Of a stretch of 39,433 bases of DNA, positions 35,135-39,433 are shown in pieces. The first letter of the stretch is position 1. Each line of letters begins with the position of its first letter. The notes below the pieces were generated by a model that ran no database searches, was not told where the DNA came from, and worked only from the letters and a program-made list of their open reading frames with translations. Position numbers and translations under genes: made by a program. The DNA is from a virus (lineage: Duplodnaviria > Heunggongvirae > Uroviricota > Caudoviricetes), in the IMG/VR virus record IMGVR_UViG_3300033463_000048, positions 1-39,433 of that record; one strand, given 5' to 3'.

Positions 35135-35343
35135 TAAGCCTCCTGTTGAGCATTAACCCAATTAATTGCATTAGTAAAATTCATAATAGGTTGATCATCC
35201 ACCTTAAGCGCAGGCGCAAATTGAACACCCAATTTTTCCATTTCAATTATATCTTCTACAATAATAAATTCAATTCCCTTTTGGCGCAGTTTCTTTTCTA
35301 AAACTACGCATTTAGGGCAGTGGGTCGTATATAGAGTAATCAT
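35134..35343 (-). CDS. Glutaredoxin/NrdH-like redoxin (69 aa)
   Basis: TLYTTHCPKC active site plus the cis-Pro motif FAPAL; TAATG-coupled to nrdD. Confidence 0.85.
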   Translation of the reverse strand: MITLYTTHCPKCVVLEKKLRQKGIEFIIVEDIIEMEKLGVQFAPALKVDDQPIMNFTNAINWVNAQQEA

Positions 35344-35552
35344 TTCGCGTCCTCCGGCATTTCTTCTCTGATTTTACTACAATATACACATACTCCATCA
35401 TCAAATTCATGTGTACATTCTGCTTGAAGTTCATCAATGCGTTCATAAATTTCTTTTGTCTCTTCATTAAGAGTGAAATAAGCTTTATGAATGGCTTCAG
35501 CAAGTTTTTCATTTAAGTCATCCATTTCAGTCTTGATTTCCAATAGCGTCAT
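35340..35552 (-). CDS. Small coiled-coil protein with a CxH...CxxC Zn knuckle (70 aa)
   Basis: ECTHEFDDGVCVYC; GGAGG RBS; ATGA overlap with the redoxin gene. Confidence 0.7.
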   Translation of the reverse strand: MTLLEIKTEMDDLNEKLAEAIHKAYFTLNEETKEIYERIDELQAECTHEFDDGVCVYCSKIREEMPEDAK

Positions 35553-36699
35553 ATATTCTTCCTCCTAGAGTTTCAAAACAAGTTTCATTAAAACTTTTCC
35601 AAAGAATCGGATTATTGTACTTTACAAAATCAAGTATGTTATGAACTTCTTGCGGCGTCAAGAATTTTTCTTTTCTTATATATTTTCCAACTTTATCCAT
35701 ATGTTCAACAAAATTAAGCATTGTATTATGACATCCAAATAATTGAAAAAATCTCGATTCGGGCAGTTTAAACATACCCTTTGCATAAAGATTCATTAAC
35801 TGAAAAACCTTTTCCCACATAGGATCGTCAAAAAATCCGTCTTCAAATCTAAGTGGAAAATAAAGCCTGCAACTTCGTAAAATTATAATCTGCTCATAAA
35901 TTTGAGGTAAGATATCTACCAAAAATTCATTCTGAGAGTATGGAGCATCATCCGTTGCGCACATATATTCCATTTGGTAATATACTGCACGCTCCTTGGT
36001 GCGCCCCGTCCATTTATAGAAGCTATCCCAATCAATCATCCCTCTAAATTGAAGAGAATAGAATGTACTATTAACTCGCAAAGTAGACCAATCGATTAGA
36101 TCTTCTCCATTATATATGGTTACCGGGAACTTCATACCTATACGTGTGGCCCATCCATCGGTGCGGGCGCGAGAAAGTAAGTCTTTAATCTCCGTATAGG
36201 CTCCCTTTACTTTTCCCAAATCATTATCGTGAAGAATTAAATTCCTACAATTTCTTAAAAAGTAGAATTGTCTATTATAATCTTCCCATATGTTGCGCCC
36301 ATCAAGAGATAATCTTCCATGCTCGGCTTCCATTAGATTTTGATAAATCTTCTTGCGCTCTGTCGTACCAGTAGCCATTATATCTTCTTGAACGCGCTTA
36401 TAGAGAGAACTATCTGGATGACATATCTCTATTTCTTTCTCCATAGGGATATAAATCCCATTAGAAAAAGCGAGGCCGCCATAAGATAGATTATCATGCC
36501 CGAATAAATTATCGGGATACTCCCCATCAAGATAGTCCTTTCTGTAAATAAACTTACTAAAGTTCTCTGGTACAAAATCGCGAGAGAGAACTACAATCTC
36601 TCTCTGCGACTTATACCAAGCAGATAACTTCATTGCTTCAAGGTTGAAGGGGACTAGAGTGTATTGTGAGAAGTCCCCATCCATTATACCTACACTCAT
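35527..36699 (-). CDS. Radical-SAM-like family protein lacking the CxxxCxxC motif (390 aa)
   Basis: VGIMDGD...PFNLEAMKLSAWYK, YGG, HPDSSLY and LILHDND resemble the phage 'NLALMKLSAxHK...PDYSLY' family as recalled; no Cys triad anywhere. Confidence 0.55.
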   Translation of the reverse strand: MSVGIMDGDFSQYTLVPFNLEAMKLSAWYKSQREIVVLSRDFVPENFSKFIYRKDYLDGEYPDNLFGHDNLSYGGLAFSNGIYIPMEKEIEICHPDSSLYKRVQEDIMATGTTERKKIYQNLMEAEHGRLSLDGRNIWEDYNRQFYFLRNCRNLILHDNDLGKVKGAYTEIKDLLSRARTDGWATRIGMKFPVTIYNGEDLIDWSTLRVNSTFYSLQFRGMIDWDSFYKWTGRTKERAVYYQMEYMCATDDAPYSQNEFLVDILPQIYEQIIILRSCRLYFPLRFEDGFFDDPMWEKVFQLMNLYAKGMFKLPESRFFQLFGCHNTMLNFVEHMDKVGKYIRKEKFLTPQEVHNILDFVKYNNPILWKSFNETCFETLGGRIYDAIGNQD

Positions 36700-39433
36700 T
36701 ATTCCTCCTCTTCATTACGTGCGCGAGTTATCAAATTTCCATCTATAACATCTTCAATTAACTCTACTCTGTGGAATGGAGTTTTCTTATACTTCTTACA
36801 CAAAAACTCTGTTTCTCCACTACGCACACCTGTTACAATAATTTTATTACCACGCGAGAATGCACTTTTTTCTAGAACGTGTTTCTTTCCATCTGCCCCA
36901 CGCTCACTAATTTGCTTATCATAAACCTGGAATACACCACCATAAATCTTAACCGTTACAACTCCATCTGTTGTAAGAATTGTAACTGTCTTCTTTGATT
37001 TATCTCTATCTAAAACTGTTCCAATTATTCTATTTATAAAATAGATAGGAACAGACTTACCCTTAATGTTGGCAATATAATCAATTTGTGGTTCTTCATC
37101 AAGTTCGCTATACAAATCAAACTTAACCGCGCCCTTAGGATTTGCATCAATTAATTCATGTTCGCTAATATAACAAGAGATACTATCCATCTCCCATTTA
37201 CTAATACTACCCTTACAATACTTATCCCAGACTTCACTTGTAAGACGTTCATTAACCGCTTTTAAAAGATTATCTGCATTTTTCTGTACGAAGGGACGAA
37301 TTATCTTCTGCTGCGCCTTATATATATTATCCCAAGTTGCTTTGCTTAATTTAAATCCTGTTTCAGTTTCAGTCGTTGGAGTTAAATCATCTAATGATAA
37401 ATAATTATTAAAGAAATTCAAACTGACTTCATCAATTTCATAATAATTCTTATCTAATTCTTTTTTCTTTATATACTTGTTAAAATTGAAACATCTTCTC
37501 TGCAAATCATATTCTTCAGGAATTAATCCATATTCAATTAATGACGCCATATTCTGCAAAGTAATACGTTTCTTTGCACCACTAATTGAGTTTACATATT
37601 CTTGCATTGTTTCAATTCTATCATCAAAACCATCAAACGCACCACATTTAATTAAGTTAATCATTTGTGGTTTGTTTACTTTTACCTTTTGAAGAAAATC
37701 TTCAACTCCTTCATATGGTCTATTTTTAATAATTGTTTTAACCAAATCTTCACCAATACGAGTTATACCACTTAATCCATAAAGGATAGCATTATTTTCA
37801 ATATCGGGCGCGAAAGTATAAGAAGATTTATTTATATCCGGTGGTTCAATTTTAATTCCCGCAGAAGTTATTTTACCAATAGCAGTACTAATCTTTCCAT
37901 AGTTAGTTGCTTTTGCTTTCTTCTTTTTCTTTCCATCTTTAGTTACTACAATTGTTGCTGGCCAACCATTCTCACCATCATCTTCGTCATATGAAGATTC
38001 TTCTTCATCTTCATCTTCATCAAACCAAGGCATTTCTTCAGAATAAGGCTCTTCTGTCTTTGTTTCTTCAATTGCCTCTTCATCAACTTCCTCTTCCTCT
38101 TCTTCACCGCCCGCGTCACTAATCAGACACGCTGTGTTCCAAAAGATTATAGGATACTTATATGCTAAGTTCATTTCTTGAAGCGCAATCAAAGAATATG
38201 CTAATGTATGCGCGCGACAGAAAGAATAACCTCTTTGTACTTTTAACAATACGTCCCACACATAATGTGCGAGAACCATATCACAACCTTTTTCTTTTGC
38301 ATTTTTATAGAAGAACTCTTCACACTCTTCAAACAACTTACCTTGTTTCTTTGCAATAGCCTTACGACATTTATCTGCAAAACTTAAATCATTACCACCG
38401 AGACGTTCGTCTTGCAAAAGAGACATCAATCCCTCTTGAGACTCACACACTCCATTTGTGATTGCATTATTTGTACTTAACCATTCTCTATTTTCTTCAC
38501 TCAACCCATAACGCACCATTTCATCATACCACTCTTTAATATTACGACGATAACGCGCCCACATATCAAGTGGTTGTTCTGCGTGAGGTTCAGATGCCAT
38601 TAGACGAATGACTGAGTTCAAAACGGCTAACTCGTCTACAGAAGAAGGTTTGGCTAATGCAATTCCGTTAATTCCGCTTTGTTTTTCCATCTGAAACAAA
38701 GAGTTAATCTTGTGAGTTAAAACCATATCCCACATTTTAGGATCGTTTCTTTCAAGATTATATACACCAACAATTGACTCATATGTTTCCCTTAATGTTG
38801 GCTTTCTTTCTGCATATCCATAATCACACAACAAATCAATACAATTATGAATTTTATCCATTGCTTCAACAGAAAGCAAGTCAATTTTAATTAATGATGC
38901 TGCCTCTGCATCATGCAACTCAAATGCTGTACATATCGTACCATCGGGAGCGCGCATTAATCCAGTTGATTCTGTGAATGGTTCATCTACGAAGATAACT
39001 CCACCTGCGTGGATACCAGACCCACAAATCAAACCCTCAATATTTCGTGCGACACGCCATAATTCAGGATAATCCACTGTCATTTCATGGACAAACTGCT
39101 TAATCGGCGCCCACTCATGTTCTTCATCACCATACATACATTGATCGAGACTTCTTAACTGCCCACGATCTGCTGGGATAAGAGACGCGATATACTGCGC
39201 GATATCTACATCCAAACCGAGACCACGTGCTGCTGTTAAAACCGCAGACTTAGATTTCTCAGTTCGAAATGTCGCAACATTTGCGACTCTTCCCTCACCA
39301 TATACATTCCTTAAGTGCTGAAGAACCTTAGCTCGTTTACCACCTTCAATATCTGTGTCAATATCCAATACGGATACACGAGCAGGATTCAAAAATCTCC
39401 AGGGGAAGGTTTTTGTCGTCTCGCGCAATGTGT
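36699..39433 (-). CDS. dnaE: DNA polymerase III alpha subunit (DnaE-type), 5'-truncated at the window edge
   Basis: RFLNPARVSVLDIDTD, GIHAGGV, KIDLL, YSFCRAHTLAYS, HhH YGLSGITRIG and a C-terminal OB fold; the frame is open to the window end. Confidence 0.95.
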   Translation of the reverse strand, partial: TLRETTKTFPWRFLNPARVSVLDIDTDIEGGKRAKVLQHLRNVYGEGRVANVATFRTEKSKSAVLTAARGLGLDVDIAQYIASLIPADRGQLRSLDQCMYGDEEHEWAPIKQFVHEMTVDYPELWRVARNIEGLICGSGIHAGGVIFVDEPFTESTGLMRAPDGTICTAFELHDAEAASLIKIDLLSVEAMDKIHNCIDLLCDYGYAERKPTLRETYESIVGVYNLERNDPKMWDMVLTHKINSLFQMEKQSGINGIALAKPSSVDELAVLNSVIRLMASEPHAEQPLDMWARYRRNIKEWYDEMVRYGLSEENREWLSTNNAITNGVCESQEGLMSLLQDERLGGNDLSFADKCRKAIAKKQGKLFEECEEFFYKNAKEKGCDMVLAHYVWDVLLKVQRGYSFCRAHTLAYSLIALQEMNLAYKYPIIFWNTACLISDAGGEEEEEEVDEEAIEETKTEEPYSEEMPWFDEDEDEEESSYDEDDGENGWPATIVVTKDGKKKKKAKATNYGKISTAIGKITSAGIKIEPPDINKSSYTFAPDIENNAILYGLSGITRIGEDLVKTIIKNRPYEGVEDFLQKVKVNKPQMINLIKCGAFDGFDDRIETMQEYVNSISGAKKRITLQNMASLIEYGLIPEEYDLQRRCFNFNKYIKKKELDKNYYEIDEVSLNFFNNYLSLDDLTPTTETETGFKLSKATWDNIYKAQQKIIRPFVQKNADNLLKAVNERLTSEVWDKYCKGSISKWEMDSISCYISEHELIDANPKGAVKFDLYSELDEEPQIDYIANIKGKSVPIYFINRIIGTVLDRDKSKKTVTILTTDGVVTVKIYGGVFQVYDKQISERGADGKKHVLEKSAFSRGNKIIVTGVRSGETEFLCKKYKKTPFHRVELIEDVIDGNLITRARNEEEE

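Larger units (their letters stand above)
1..39433. mobile_element. Segment of a large siphovirus-type tailed phage genome (late structural module plus convergent replication/nucleotide metabolism module)
   Basis: Uninterrupted terminase-portal-protease-capsid-connector-tail-TMP-Dit-Tal order on +; DnaE/NrdD/NrdG/dUTPase/RuvC on -; almost no intergenic DNA; no host housekeeping context or integrase in the window. Confidence 0.96.

Noticed and set aside
33161-39433. Inteins or additional introns in nrdD, dnaE or terL
   Set aside because: No C/S...HN splice motifs, no unexplained large insertions and no further P/Q/R/S elements were seen.
1-39433. tRNA, rRNA or riboswitch genes
   Set aside because: Intergenic gaps are under 100 nt and are explained by terminators and RBSs; no cloverleaf was seen.

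Overview
The whole window is a gene-dense segment of a large, AT-rich tailed phage (Caudoviricetes, siphovirus-type, SPbeta/c-st-like gene order), probably infecting an anaerobic Bacillota host (GGAGG Shine-Dalgarno sites, a sigmaA-type promoter, class III ribonucleotide reductase). The + strand (1-29828) is the late morphogenesis module: a 5'-truncated sigma/HTH-Zn-finger ORF missed by the ORF track, a putative small terminase, a large terminase split by a 1129-nt group IA intron carrying a GIY-YIG homing endonuclease, portal, protease/scaffold, head proteins, connectors, a major tail protein plus a tube-like paralogue, a 2600-aa tape measure protein, Dit and an 1822-aa Tal/tail spike with an S74 chaperone. 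The - strand (29864-39433) converges on a bidirectional terminator and encodes replication and nucleotide functions: DnaE (partial), a Cys-less radical-SAM-like protein, a redoxin, NrdD, NrdG, a divergent ThyX-like protein, an extended dUTPase and a Zn-ribbon-RuvC fusion. Most notable: (1) the endonuclease lies in the P1 loop and its last codons are the intron's internal guide sequence, with its RBS buried in a hairpin whose loop holds the unspliced terminase stop; (2) a strong, patchy over-representation of the palindrome GCGC; (3) a cluster of altered nucleotide-metabolism enzymes. All family assignments are from motif recognition by eye; no database searches were run.
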